A stretch of DNA of 64,000 bases from an uncultured Spirochaetota bacterium. Its GTDB lineage: Bacteria > Spirochaetota > Spirochaetia > SZUA-6 > DRHE01. The notes beneath the pieces were generated by a model. That model had not been told where the DNA came from. It searched no databases and saw only the letters and a program-made list of their open reading frames with translations. The translations under genes and the position numbers were made by a program. The DNA lies in assembly GCA_963745745.1 (NCBI GenBank), contig CAVUYS010000017.1, forward strand, positions 17,734 through 81,733. The letters run 5' to 3'. Each line of letters opens with the position of its first letter. Positions within the stretch are counted from its first letter, which is position 1. Shown here one piece after another: positions 1 through 9,988 of this stretch.

Positions 1-529
1 TGGCGGACGTGGCTCGTCGGCGACCAGCGATTCGCCCACATGCGCCCCGATGTCCTCAGCTGGGAGAGCGAAGCGCTGGCCGAGGACGTCACCGTCACCG
101 GGAGCATCACGGCCAGGCTCTTCGCTTCGACGACGGGGACCGACAGCGATTGGGTGGTCAAGCTCATCGATGTCTACCCCGAGGACTATCCCGCGGAGCC
201 GCTGATGGGCGGCTACCAGTTGATGGTCGCCAACGAGGTCTTCCGCGGCCGCTTCCGGAAGAGCTTCGAGAAACCCGAGCCACTCGTCCCCGGAGAAGTC
301 GCGGAGTTCGCCATCGATCTGCATGCGGCGCGACCACCGCTTCCTCAAGGGCCACCGGATCATGGTCCAGGTCCAGAGCACCTGGTTCCCGCTCATCGAC
401 CGCAATCCGCAGACGTTCGTCGAGAACATCTTCCTGGCCGAGGCCTCGGATTACCGCCCGGCGACCCAGCGCGTCTACCGGTCCGGGAAGCACGCCTCGC
501 ACATCGTCCTTCCGGTCCGCGTCCGCTGA
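1..529 (+). CDS. CocE/NonD-family (S15 X-Pro dipeptidyl-peptidase-like) hydrolase, C-terminal part; 5' end outside window; apparent frameshift near 320
   Basis: ORF 40-924 frame gives DWVVKLIDVYPEDYPAEP...RGRFRKSFE (CocE/NonD C-terminal beta-sandwich). It continues in ORF 323-529 (HRFLKGHRIMVQVQSTWFPLIDRNPQTF...RVYRSGKHASHIVLPV) after a frame change. Confidence 0.55.
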
Positions 530-539
530 TCCGGAAGGG

Positions 540-636
540 ACCTGGTCTTCGCTTCCCCGCCAACGCGCGGCCGAATGCGAAGACCTGGTCCCTCCTGGTC
601 CAGGCGGGAATTCGCGTTTGCGAAGACCTGGTCCCC
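540..636. terminator. Imperfect hairpin (cctggtcttcgc / gcgaagacctgg) plus direct repeat GCGAAGACCTGGTCCC x2 between convergent genes; probable bidirectional terminator
   Basis: Read directly. Lies between the + strand hydrolase stop (529) and the - strand epimerase stop (637). Confidence 0.4.
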
Positions 637-1635
637 TCAGGAACCGAAATTGTCTCGGTAATAGCGCCAGCCGTCCGCGATCGTCCGGTCGGGATCGATG
701 TAGCTGTGACCGAACTCGCGCCGGCTCTTGGCGTTGTCGTAATAGGCCGTCCAACCGCTCAGCTTGCCGTAGGCCGCGGTGAGGAGAGGCCTGCGCCCGG
801 TGATGCCGGCGACGCGTTCGAAAAGGGCCCCGGCCGCTTTCAACAGGGGGGCCGGGACCGCGAAAGGGAAGGCCCTGCGGCCGCAGGCCCCCGCGATCCG
901 GCGGACGACGTCGCGATAGGGTAGGTTGGCCCCGACGACGAGATAGCTCTCGCCGTCGCGGCCCCGGCCCTCGACGGCCTCGAGGATGATGGTCGCGAGG
1001 TCCCGGACGTCGACGATGGCCAGCCCTCCTGCGAACGAGCCGATCTGGGTCCGGCCGCATATCCTTTTATAGAGCTCGTTGTGCGGCGTCGCCGGATTGT
1101 GGTCGCCCGGGCCCATGATCGAGGCGGGATTGAGGATGACGGCCCGCAGGCCCCGTTCGCGCACCGCCCGTTCGACGATGTCCTGGCCGCGCCGCTTCGA
1201 GCCCATGTAGAGGATGTCCGCGGGCCAGTTGAACGGCACGGTCTCGTCGGCCGGCCTCCCGTCCTCGTGAAATCCGATCGCTCCGACGGACGAGACGTGG
1301 ACGAGCCGCTCGACGCCGCCGGCCAGCGCGGCCTCGACGACCGCCCGCGTGCCGTCCTCGTTGATCCGCCTCAGCTTTTCCTCGTCGCCCTTCCAGTAGG
1401 AGATGAGGCCGGCCATGTGGACGACGCGGTCGTGCCCGGCGACGGCCGCCCGTACGGCAGCCGCATCGGCGATGTCGCCCCTGAACAAGCGCACACCCGA
1501 GTCCCGCCAGGTCGCGGGGATCGCGTCTCCGGGAAGGACGAACGCGTCGACGGCGCCGGCCCCGTGGCGGGCGACGAGCTCCGGCACGAGCACGGCGCCG
1601 ACGAAGCCGGTCGCCCCGGTGACGAGGATCCTCAC
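637..1635 (-). CDS. NAD-dependent epimerase/dehydratase (extended SDR)
   Basis: MRILVTGATGFVGAVLVPEL Rossmann N-terminus, YxxxK region, 332 aa. The ATGA overlap with the upstream gene indicates translational coupling. Confidence 0.85.
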   Translation of the reverse strand: MRILVTGATGFVGAVLVPELVARHGAGAVDAFVLPGDAIPATWRDSGVRLFRGDIADAAAVRAAVAGHDRVVHMAGLISYWKGDEEKLRRINEDGTRAVVEAALAGGVERLVHVSSVGAIGFHEDGRPADETVPFNWPADILYMGSKRRGQDIVERAVRERGLRAVILNPASIMGPGDHNPATPHNELYKRICGRTQIGSFAGGLAIVDVRDLATIILEAVEGRGRDGESYLVVGANLPYRDVVRRIAGACGRRAFPFAVPAPLLKAAGALFERVAGITGRRPLLTAAYGKLSGWTAYYDNAKSRREFGHSYIDPDRTIADGWRYYRDNFGS

Positions 1636-2344
1636 GCCTTCTCCCGTCGCAGGCGACGGCAGGCCAGACTGTCGGTGATGATCCCGACCGCAGCGTGGAT
1701 GACGAGCGGGTAAAAGAAGGAGCCGGTGACATACGCGCCCAGTCCGAAGGCCGGGCCCGAAAGGGCGGCGGAGAAGATCTCCTTGTCGGGATGCCCGATG
1801 TGCATCAGGGTCACGGCCCCCGTCTGGACGGCCAGGGCCGGGATGAGTCCGATCGCCGGCACGAGCGGGAAGAACAGGACGCCCCTGAAGACGGATTCCC
1901 AGGGCAGGTAATAGAAAATAAAGTAGGAAACTTCGTAGCCGACGAACCTCCCCGTCCCTGAACAGGCATCCTTGGCGAACGGATACATCCTGCGCAGACC
2001 GGGATCGCGGGAGCCGGAGAAGCCGGACAGGCAGGCGAGAGGCAGGAGCGCCAGCGTGAGCTTGAGGCCCAGGCCCGACCCGTCCGAAAGTCCATCCGAA
2101 TCCCGCCAGAGTCTCGAGAGGGCGTGCGGACGTGAGGAACGTCAGCGCGCAGGGCGAGGACGAGGAAAAGGCCGAACACGGCCAGGAAGTAGAGCCGCAC
2201 GGCCCCGAGCTCGCCGCGCGTCTCCTTGAGCCTCCGGAAATGGAGCACGGAGGTCAGCAGGGTCACGGCCAGGACGAGCTCCAGGTAGACGAGGGACAGG
2301 GTGATGCCGCCGGGTCCGGCGGCGCGCTCAAGCCAATCCGCCAC
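1632..2344 (-). CDS. Integral membrane protein (GtrA-like C-terminal part 1632-1988; N-terminal TM part in ORF 1811-2344); probably one gene with a frameshift near 2000-2100
   Basis: Hydrophobic helices in both ORFs (VYLELVLAVTLLTSVL..., FFPLVPAIGLIPALAV...). The GtrA-frame reading stays open upstream of M1988. Confidence 0.4.
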
Positions 2345-3340
2345 GGGCTTTCTCCTTTATGTACCAGGCGACGATCTCGGCGAACTGCCGCTCGTAGTCG
2401 TCGTCCGGCCGGTACCCCAGATCGGCGATCGTCCCCGAGATGTCGTAGGTCGTCTCCGAGGTGACGCGCCTGACCCGGTAATAGTTGAGCTTGGGTTCGA
2501 AGCGGGGGAAAACGGCCGCGACGGCGCCCGCGGCCGCGGCCAGGGCCCTGGCGAGCGAGGACGGGCACGTAGATCCTTTGCCTTCTACCCACACCGCGCT
2601 GGAAGGCGTTGAAGAGCTCCTTCCACGTGGGCAGGACGCCATTGGTCACCGTGTAGGCCCGGCCTTCGATCCCCGGCGTGACCAGGGCCAGCTCGGCGGC
2701 CAGGCACAGGTTCCCGATATGGCAGTAGCCGAACCGCCAGCGGCCGTGCCCGGCGATGAGGGGCAGGCCCTGTTCGCAGCCGGCCAGGATCCGGGCGCAG
2801 GAGACCCGGTCGTTCGGGCCGTAGACGTCCCCGGGCCTGAGGATCACGACCGGGAACCCGCCGTGCGCGTGGAGGTCGCGCAGCTCGCACTCGGTCCGGA
2901 TCTTGTGGCGCACGTAGGGCAGGAAGACGGCCGAGCGGCCCGGCCTCTCCTCGGAGATGTCCCGCCTCCCGAATCCGAGGGTCAGCGCCGTGGAGACATA
3001 GACGAAGCGTTGCAGGGGAGCGCCCGACTCCCGGAGCCTCCGGACGAGGCTGCGGGTCGCATCGAAGATGTTCCGGGCGCAGTCCTCGTCGCCGGCCGTG
3101 TCGGAGACGAGCGCGGCGGCGTGGACGACGTGCGTCGTCCCGGCCGGAAGATCGATCCGGTCGGAGAAGCTGAGGTCGCCCTTGATCAGCCGGACGTCGA
3201 GGCCGTCCAGGAAGCGGAGATCGGAGGTTTCCCTGACGAGGGCGTCCACTTCCCAGCCGCGCTCCCGGAACCAGCGGCAGAGATTGGAGCCGACGAAACC
3301 GTTGGCGCCCGTGACCAGCACGCGGCTCACGGCGTCTCTC
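2328..3340 (-). CDS. NAD-dependent epimerase/dehydratase #2 (GTG start about 3340, RBS gggagag); frameshift near 2580-2640
   Basis: VSRVLVTGANGFVGSNL...YVSTALT...YxxxK. The typical C-terminal end (...LGYRPDDDYERQFAEIVAWY) lies in ORF 2328-2642, in a different frame. Confidence 0.7.
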
Positions 3341-3847
3341 CCGGGAGGCGGGCCGTGTTCCGGTTCCAGGCCCTCTCGATGGCCGGCGCGGCGACGATGA
3401 CGAGCCCGGCCGCGGCGATCCCGAGGACCATGTCGGACAGGTAATGGAAGCGGCCGTAGACGGTCGAGACGTAGAGCGAGAGGATGACCGGGGCCAGCCA
3501 GATGAAGCCCCGTTTCGTGTACTTGCGGGCCATGAACCACATGACCGTGGCCACGGCGCAGTGAGGGCTGGGGATGGAGCCGCCGGCGGTGTGGATGTTC
3601 GCCCGGATCCACTCGGCCACCGTGCCGAAGAACCTGGCCGTCAGGGGCTCGGTCAGCTGGACGCGGATCTTCTCGGCCAGTACATGGGGCTGGCCACCGG
3701 GAAGAGGATGAATCCCAGGCCGCAGACGAGGTTGACCAGGCCGAGGTGGAAGAGGTAGTCCTCGTTGGCCTCCTCGCCGTGCTTGAAGAAGATGACGAAG
3801 CCGAGGAGAGGGTAGATGACGACGTAGAAGACGTAGACGAAGAACAT
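3327..3847 (-). CDS. PAP2-family (phosphatidic acid phosphatase type 2) membrane phosphatase; frameshift near 3660-3690
   Basis: PAP2 motifs SIPSPHCAVATV...GRFHYLSDMVLG in ORF 3327-3875. Membrane N-terminus MFFVYVFYVVIYPLLGFVIFF is in ORF 3653-3847. Confidence 0.65.
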
Positions 3848-3849
3848 CC

Positions 3850-5251
3850 ATTCCGACAGCGCGGGCGTGTATCACTTCTGGATGGCGACGACCGGATTGA
3901 CGGAAAGACCGCCGCCTCCCAGGCCAGGACGCGGGCGTCTTGCCAGGGGAAGAGGAGCAGCTGGAGGGCGACGGCCGTCTGATAGATCTGGAGGCAGGTC
4001 AGCTGGACGGACACGGTCCGCACGGCGAAGCGGAGCCACGGCGGGCGCAGAGCGGAGCAGGACGGCCTGGGAGACGATGTAGAGGAGGATGACGGCGAGG
4101 CTCGTTCCGATGTGAAAGCGGGCTTGTCCAGGCGCCCGCGGAAGGCGACGGCGACGAGCGTGAGGACGATGAGTGCGCCGAGCGTCACGAAATCCGCCAG
4201 CCGGATCTCGAGCCCGGCGATGACGAGCCGCCGGCCTCCGGTCAGGCCGCCGGCCTCCGCGCGCGCGCCCGGCGCGGGGTCCGCAGGGGACGCTTCGACG
4301 GCCCGGCGGACCGAATCGCGCATGCCGTACCGGGGCCGGAAACCGAGCTCGCGGCCGATCTTCGAGCCGTCGTACAGCCAGAACTGATCGCGGCCGGCCC
4401 GGACGATCTCTCTGGTCAGCCTGGGCGGGCGCCCGGTCGATGCGGCAGGCCGCCTCGGCCAGGCCGGCGGCCAGGAGCTGGGCGCCGCAGGGGATCGCCG
4501 AGCTTGAATCGCCCGATACCGAGTTCCTCGGCCAGCGCGGCCATGATCTCGGGCCAGGCGTAGGAACCACCGTCCGTGACGAAGTAGGTCTCGCCGACGG
4601 CGCGGGGATGGTCCGCGGCGAGGATGAGGGCGGAAACGAGGTCGTCGACGTCGACGAGGCTCGTCCTGGGCCGCTCGTCGCCGATCACCGGGGCCAGTCG
4701 CCTGCGCAGGAGGCCGATGGCCCCGGCGAGCTCTTTCGAGCCCGGCCCGAGGACGTTCGGCGGCCGGACGATGGTCGCCGGAAGCCGCACGCCCGTCGTC
4801 CCGGACGGCGCTCTCGGCGGCGAGCTTGCTGCGGCCGTAGGCGGAGACCGGTCTCGCGCACGTCGGTCTCGACGACCGGCCGGCCCGCTCCGCTGGGCCC
4901 GGCGGCGGCGATGCTCGAGACGAAGACGAAGCGCTTCAGGCCCGGAGCGGCCCGCAGGCAGGCCCCGACGAGGTTCGCGGTCCCCCGGGTGTTAGCGGTG
5001 GCGAAGTCCGCCTCGTCGAGGGCCTGGACGACGCCGGCCAGATGGAAGACGCGGTCGCGGCCCTTGACGGCGGCGTCAAGGGAGCCGGGATCGCCGAGGT
5101 CGCCGATGACGAGCTCCACGGGGAGATCGCGGAGCGGGGCCGTTCGGCTCGTCCGGCGGACCAGGCAGGCGACCTCGTCGCCCCGGCGGACGAGCTCCCG
5201 GGCCAGCCGCCGGCCGATGAACCCGCTCGCCCCCGTGACAAGGCTTCTCAC
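3850..5251 (-). CDS. NAD-dependent epimerase/dehydratase #3 (start 5251, MRSLVTGASGFIGRRL) with several frameshifts; C-terminus appears to run in frame into a hydrophobic TM tail (about 3850-4300)
   Basis: Epimerase segments are spread over ORFs 4685-5251, 4416-4790 and the start of 2263-4323 (..GFRPRYGMRDSVRRAVEA..). These are followed by RLVIAGLEIRLADFVTLGALIVLTLVAVAF and FHIGTSLAVILLYIVSQAVLL. Confidence 0.45.
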
Positions 5252-5302
5252 GCCGTGATGATAACAGAACGGGGAGGCCGATGAAAGGCAACGGAACGGA
5301 AG

Positions 5303-5395
5303 GGGTCAAACCTACTTTTCATCACTTTCCGACAAATATGTCGGAATCCGGGATCACGTTGCTGTGAAAAGTGATGAAAAGTAGGTTTGACCCCA
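5303..5395. repeat. AT-rich near-perfect 28-bp inverted repeat (ggggtcaaacctacttttcatcactttc ...35 nt... gaaaagtgatgaaaagtaggtttgacccc); MITE-like element or large regulatory hairpin
   Basis: Read directly. 27/28 complementary arms. Local GC is far below the window average. Confidence 0.6.
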
Positions 5396-5424
5396 TCTTG
5401 ATTCCGTGGGATAATCACTGAGAC

Positions 5425-5730
5425 ATGAAAAAGGCTGCGGTCCTGGCTTTTGTCGTCGTTTTCGCCCTCTGTATGTTCCATTACTACTTCGCCGAGGACC
5501 ATTGCCCCGTCCACTGCACCTCGCAGGCCCCAGGCCTCGGCCACGTCCATCCGCATCACCCTTCCGGCGAGACCTGCCTCTGCTTCTGGGTCTCGATGGT
5601 CGGCCCGGAGCCCGTCGATCTCGGTGCGGCGGCGGAGTCCGCGGCGGTTATGTCCGATCCCTCCGAAGGCCGTCCACTCGGCCGGCTGGCCGCCGATATC
5701 GCCCACCCTCCCAAATCCTTCCTCCTCTGA
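5425..5730 (+). CDS. Small His/Cys-rich protein with N-terminal signal/TM helix (MKKAAVLAFVVVFALCMF...CPVHC...HVHPHHPSGETCLC), possible metal-binding peptide
   Basis: GC3-rich codon usage typical of the genome. Hydrophobic N-terminus then an HxH/CxxxC cluster. No homolog recognised. Confidence 0.3.
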   Translation: MKKAAVLAFVVVFALCMFHYYFAEDHCPVHCTSQAPGLGHVHPHHPSGETCLCFWVSMVGPEPVDLGAAAESAAVMSDPSEGRPLGRLAADIAHPPKSFLL

Positions 5731-5776
5731 TCCCTTCTCCGGTTTCGACCCGACGACTTCGACGAGGAGGATTATC

Positions 5777-6190
5777 ATGGCGCTCAAGAGACCGCCGGTT
5801 CTCGCCGCCCTGGCGGCGTTCGTCATTGTTTCCGCGCTTCCCGCACAGGAGGGAGGCCTGACCCTGGAGCGGGCCGTGGAGCTCGCTTTGGCCGGGCATC
5901 CCGAGATCCGGGAAGCCCAGGCACGCATCGAGGCGGCGCGCGGCCGGACCCTCCAGTTCGCGTCCCGTCCCGAACCCCAGCTCACAGCCGGTCTCGAAGG
6001 CATCCCCCTGCCCGGCCTCAGAGAGGAAGGCGACGTGCTCGAGGTCCGCCTCGGGATCGAACAGGTTTTCGAGTATCCCGGCAAGCGCTCTCTCCGGACC
6101 GACATCGGCCGGAAAGGGGAGGATCTGGCCGGCGCCGAGCTCGACCGGGTCCGGTTGCTCCTCGCCGCCCGGGTGAAAACGACCCCCTCC
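5777..6190 (+). pseudogene. TolC-family outer-membrane efflux protein, N-terminal about 138 aa only (truncated fragment)
   Basis: Strong RBS gaggagga, then MALKRPPVLAALAAFVIVSALPAQEGGLTLERAVELALAGHPEIREAQARIEAARGR... (signal peptide plus first TolC repeat). The frame degenerates after ..LLLAARVK. Confidence 0.55.
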
Positions 6191-6471
6191 GCCTGGACGA
6201 TCCATCCCTGGGATTGGCGGCGCTGGCCGAGGTCGGACCGGGCGGCTGCTTCCTGGGTCACGACCACACCCTGGAGCATTTCCGCTGCCTGCTTCCCAGC
6301 GACGTGTTCCAGTCCACGGATTACGACCGCTGGGCGCGGGACGGCCGGAAGCAGGCCGTGCATCTGGCCCATGAGAAGGCCTTGAAGCTCATCGCCGCCT
6401 ACCAGCGGCCGCCGCTGGACGCGGAGTTGGAGGCCGAGATCGATGCATACGCGGAGGTCCACCGGCGATGA
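6190..6471 (+). pseudogene. MttB-family (trimethylamine methyltransferase superfamily) C-terminal remnant, about 93 aa, no start codon
   Basis: ENDPLRLDDPSLGLAALAEVGPGGCFLGHDHTLEHFRCLLPSDVFQSTDYDRWARDGRKQ... matches the C-terminal region of the two intact MttB paralogs in the window (..SSEHTARHFREGWQPTLFDRHHFEGW..). Confidence 0.55.
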
Positions 6472-8655
6472 ACAGGCAAAACCACGATATCTCCCAGGTG
6501 GACGGGCACTGCGGCATCTGCGGCGCCGCCTGCGCCGTACGGGTGCACCTGGAAGGCGGGCGCATCCGTACGCCTGAGCCCGCGGCCGGATCACCCGCAT
6601 GGCATCACCTGCCGCCGCATTACGCGCGTGGAGGACATCGTCTATGCCCCCCAGCGGCTGCTGTACCCCCAGCGCGGCACAGGACCGCGGGGCAGGCGGA
6701 GCCTGGCGCGCATCGGCTGGGACGAGGCGCTGGACCAGGTCGTGCAGGGGCTGCGGGAGGTCGCCCGGCGGCACGGCCCGGAGGCGGTCTGCCTGTACAC
6801 AGGCCGGGGCACTTTCGAGCAGTCGCTGTGGGAGATGCTGTCCCCCGCCGGCGTGCGGGAGACCTCGGCCTGGAGCCTGCTGTTTCCCTTCGGCTCCCCG
6901 AACACCACCGGAGCCGGCGCCAACTGCTACGCCGCCCAGGGGGTGATCGCCCCGGCCCTGCTGAGCGGGGTGTGGAAGCTGGACACCTTCGCCGACCTGG
7001 AACGCACCGAGCTGGTGGTGGTCTGGGGCACCAACCCGGCCAACGCCTCCCCCCCGCTGGCCATGGCCGGCATCCGCCGGGCCCGGGCCCGGGGCGCCCA
7101 GGTGCTGGTGGTGGACCACCGCCGCACCGAAACCGTCCGGGCCGCCGACGCCCGCTGGCTGGCCGTCCGGCCGGGCACCGACGGGGCCCTGGCTCTGGCC
7201 ATGATCCAGGTGCTGATCGAGGAGCGGCTGTACGACCGGCGCTTCGTGGAGGACTGGACCGTCGGCTTTGCAGAGCTGGCGGCCTACGTGCGGGAGTTCA
7301 GCCCGGAGCGGGGGGAAGAAATCACCGGCGTCCCTGCGGCGGACATCCGCGACACGGCGCGCCGGATCGGCCGCGCCCGGGGGGCCTGCCTGCTGCACGA
7401 CACCGGGCTGGAGTACACCAACAGCGCCGTGCAGAACGTGCGGGCCGTGCTGACCCTGTTCGCCCTGGCCGGCCACTTCGACTCCCCCGGGGGCAATGTG
7501 ATCTCCATCCCCCCCTGGAGCTTCCAGGTCAACCGCAGCCGGCGGGTGCCGGCGCCGGCGGGGAAGACCCCGATCGGGGCCGAACGCCACCCGCTGTACA
7601 CGAAATACCGCCACGAAGCCCAGGCCATGGAGCTGCCCAGGGCGATCCTGGAAGGAAAACCCTACCCGATCCGGGCCCTGCTGGTCTTCGGGGCCTCGCT
7701 GCTCACCGCCTACCCGCAGCCGGAGCTGTGGCGCAGGGCCCTGGCCGCCCTGGATTTCCTGCTGGTCGTGGACCGCCTGCCCACCGAGGAGACCCTGTTC
7801 GCCGACGTCGTGCTGCCAGCGGCCACCGCCTTCGAGCACGGCGGCTACATCGTCCAGGGACGGCACGTAGCCGTGCGCCGGCCGGTCATCCAGCCCCTGG
7901 GGGAGGCCCGCAGCGACTGGGACATCGCCATCAGCCTGGCCCAGCGGCTGGGCTACGGTCACCTGTACCCTGGCAGCATCGACGAAATGCTGGAGTGGGC
8001 CTTCGCGGGCACGGGCCTGGACCTGGAAGAGCTGAAGCGTCATCCGGAGGGCATCCAGTTGCCGGCCCCGCCGATGCGCTACCGCAAGTGGGAGCTGGGC
8101 CTGCTGCGCCCGGACGGGCGGCCCGGCTTCGATACCCCCAGCGGCAAGTTCGAGATCGCCTCCGCCCTGCTCGCGGAGCACGGCTACGACCCGCTGCCGG
8201 TGTTCCGGCCTCCGACGGAAGGCCCGCTGGGCTCTCCGGAGCTGGCCCGCGAGTTTCCCCTGGTGTTCAACTCCGGGGCCCGCAACAAGGAGTTCTTCAA
8301 TTCCCAGCACCACCATATAGGGAAGCTTCTGGCCCGCTACCCGCGGCCCCTGGTCTGGCTCCACCCCGCGGACGCCTCACCAAGGGGCATCGCCGACGGG
8401 GACCGGGTGAGCGTGCGCACCCCCCGCGGGCGCGTGCTCTACACCGCGCGCGTGACCGAGGACATCCTGCCCGGGGTCGTGGAAGCCGACGCCCACGGCG
8501 GAGGCCTTTCCGCCGCGCCGGCCTGGCGGGAATGCAACGCCAACGAGCTCACCGACTTCGAGAACCGCGATCCGCTTTCCGGCTTTCCCGTGTACAAGGC
8601 CCTGCTCTGCCAGGTGCTCAAGGAGCCGAGCACGCCAGAGCCGTCAGCTCCCTGA
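6468..8655 (+). CDS. Molybdopterin (bis-MGD) oxidoreductase catalytic subunit, no Tat signal (cytoplasmic); frameshift near 6568
   Basis: N-terminal Fe-S motif HCGICGAACAVRVHLEGGRI, then (other frame) PDHPHGITCRRI; ..TGRGTFEQ.., GTNPANASPP, and C-terminal MopB barrel (PRGIADGDRVSVRTPRGRV). ATGA overlap with the upstream remnant. Confidence 0.8.
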
Positions 8656-9988
8656 CGCTGCCCTGGGCTTCCAGTCCCCTGGCGAGCTGCACCAGCCGGC
8701 CGGCGCGCGCGGAGCCCAGCACCGGGTCCACCAGCCAGTGGAACTTCTCCTCCATGACCTGCTGGTCCCAGCCGGGCTGCGGGAAGCTCAGGCCCCCGCC
8801 GACCCTGCCGGAGCTCAAGGAGCTGCCGTCCTCCAGCTCGAGGGTCACCTCGCTGGCGAAGCGCCCGCGCGGGTCGCCCTTCTCGAACAGGCGGCGCAGC
8901 TCGTCCAGCTCCTCCGATACCTCCACCTCGACCTTCGCGGCCAGCTCCCGGATGCGGGGGTCCCCCAGGCGATGCTCGAGGGTCTGCTCCGGCCCGACCT
9001 CCCCGTCCACCAGCATGGCCGCCACCGGCCAGGCCAGGTTGAACTGGGCCTCCTCGGTGCTCTGCGGAAGGCGGGTGCCCAGCGCCGCGGCCTCCTGGAA
9101 GGTCCGGATGCGGATCCCGCGGATCGAAGCCGGGTCCAGGCGGCGGCTTTCCACCAGCCTGCGGGCCCCTTCCACGGCGGCGTGGGCCCAGCCGCAGCAG
9201 GCATAGCCCTTGGCCTTCCAGGCCACGCCCTCCACCATCAGATAGTTGCTTCCGATGTCGGCGACCCAAGGCGCGTATTCATCGCGGGCCAGGAGACTGG
9301 GAACGCCCGTGAAGCCGCAGGAGGCCAGCTGGGCCGCGTGGATGCCGGTCAGGGCGGCCCAGCCGATGCCGTGCTTGACCATGGCCGGGTGGGCCACGTC
9401 GCGCATCATGGGCAGGTTGGGGGCGTGGTAGTCGGCGATCCCCAGGGCCTGGCGGGCCTGTTCGGCGGGCAGGTCCAGGAGGTGGGCGGCCACCGCCGCG
9501 CAGGCCACCGAGCCCCAGGAGCCGCAGGCCTGGTACACGGCGTGGTCGTCGTGCCAGCAGCGTCCGATGCGGTGGGCCACCTCGTAGCCCACCACCAGCC
9601 CGGCCAGCAGGCGCGCGCCGTCCAGACCCCGCGCTTCGGCCAGGGCCAGCGCCGTGGGGAAGAGCTGGGCCCCCGCGTGCCCGTAGGCGTAGCGGGCGCT
9701 GTCGTCGGAATCCAGGGCGTTGGCGGCCGCGCCGTTGGCGAAGGCCGCGCCCGCGGCGCTGGCCTTCCCGCCCTGCATCAGGATGGTGGCCTCCTCCCCC
9801 GGCAGGTATCGGGCGGCGAACTGCCCCGCGATCCGGCTCACCCGGGCGCGGCCGCCGCTGACCGTTGCCGCCAGGCTGTCCAGCAGGCACAGGCGGGCCT
9901 TGCGCCGCACCGCCTCGGGCAGCTCCGCCCACCGCAGGCCGGTCACGAAGGCCGCCACTCTCCGTTCGGCCTCGGCTCCCTCAGCCAT
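8618..9988 (-). CDS. MmgE/PrpD-family protein (2-methylcitrate dehydratase superfamily)
   Basis: 456 aa; ..LLDSLAATVSG.., ..AANALDSDDSARYAYGHAGAQLFP.. typical MmgE/PrpD blocks. Confidence 0.85.
   Translation of the reverse strand: MAEGAEAERRVAAFVTGLRWAELPEAVRRKARLCLLDSLAATVSGGRARVSRIAGQFAARYLPGEEATILMQGGKASAAGAAFANGAAANALDSDDSARYAYGHAGAQLFPTALALAEARGLDGARLLAGLVVGYEVAHRIGRCWHDDHAVYQACGSWGSVACAAVAAHLLDLPAEQARQALGIADYHAPNLPMMRDVAHPAMVKHGIGWAALTGIHAAQLASCGFTGVPSLLARDEYAPWVADIGSNYLMVEGVAWKAKGYACCGWAHAAVEGARRLVESRRLDPASIRGIRIRTFQEAAALGTRLPQSTEEAQFNLAWPVAAMLVDGEVGPEQTLEHRLGDPRIRELAAKVEVEVSEELDELRRLFEKGDPRGRFASEVTLELEDGSSLSSGRVGGGLSFPQPGWDQQVMEEKFHWLVDPVLGSARAGRLVQLARGLEAQGSVRELTALACSAP

Noticed and set aside
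164-1060. Numerous 60-300-aa Arg/Pro/Gly-rich ORFs on the opposite strand or alternative frames of annotated genes (for example 164-1060, 1067-1732, 9279-9932, 15518-16258, 16649-17566, 39883-40590, 58198-60177)
   Set aside because: Overlap bona fide genes. The translations are low-complexity with no motifs. This is expected from stop-codon depletion at about 70 % GC.
5248-8364. 1038-aa minus-strand ORF
   Set aside because: Antisense to the TolC fragment, MttB remnant and molybdopterin oxidoreductase. Low-complexity Arg/Gly/Pro-rich translation typical of GC-rich spurious frames. No recognisable domain.
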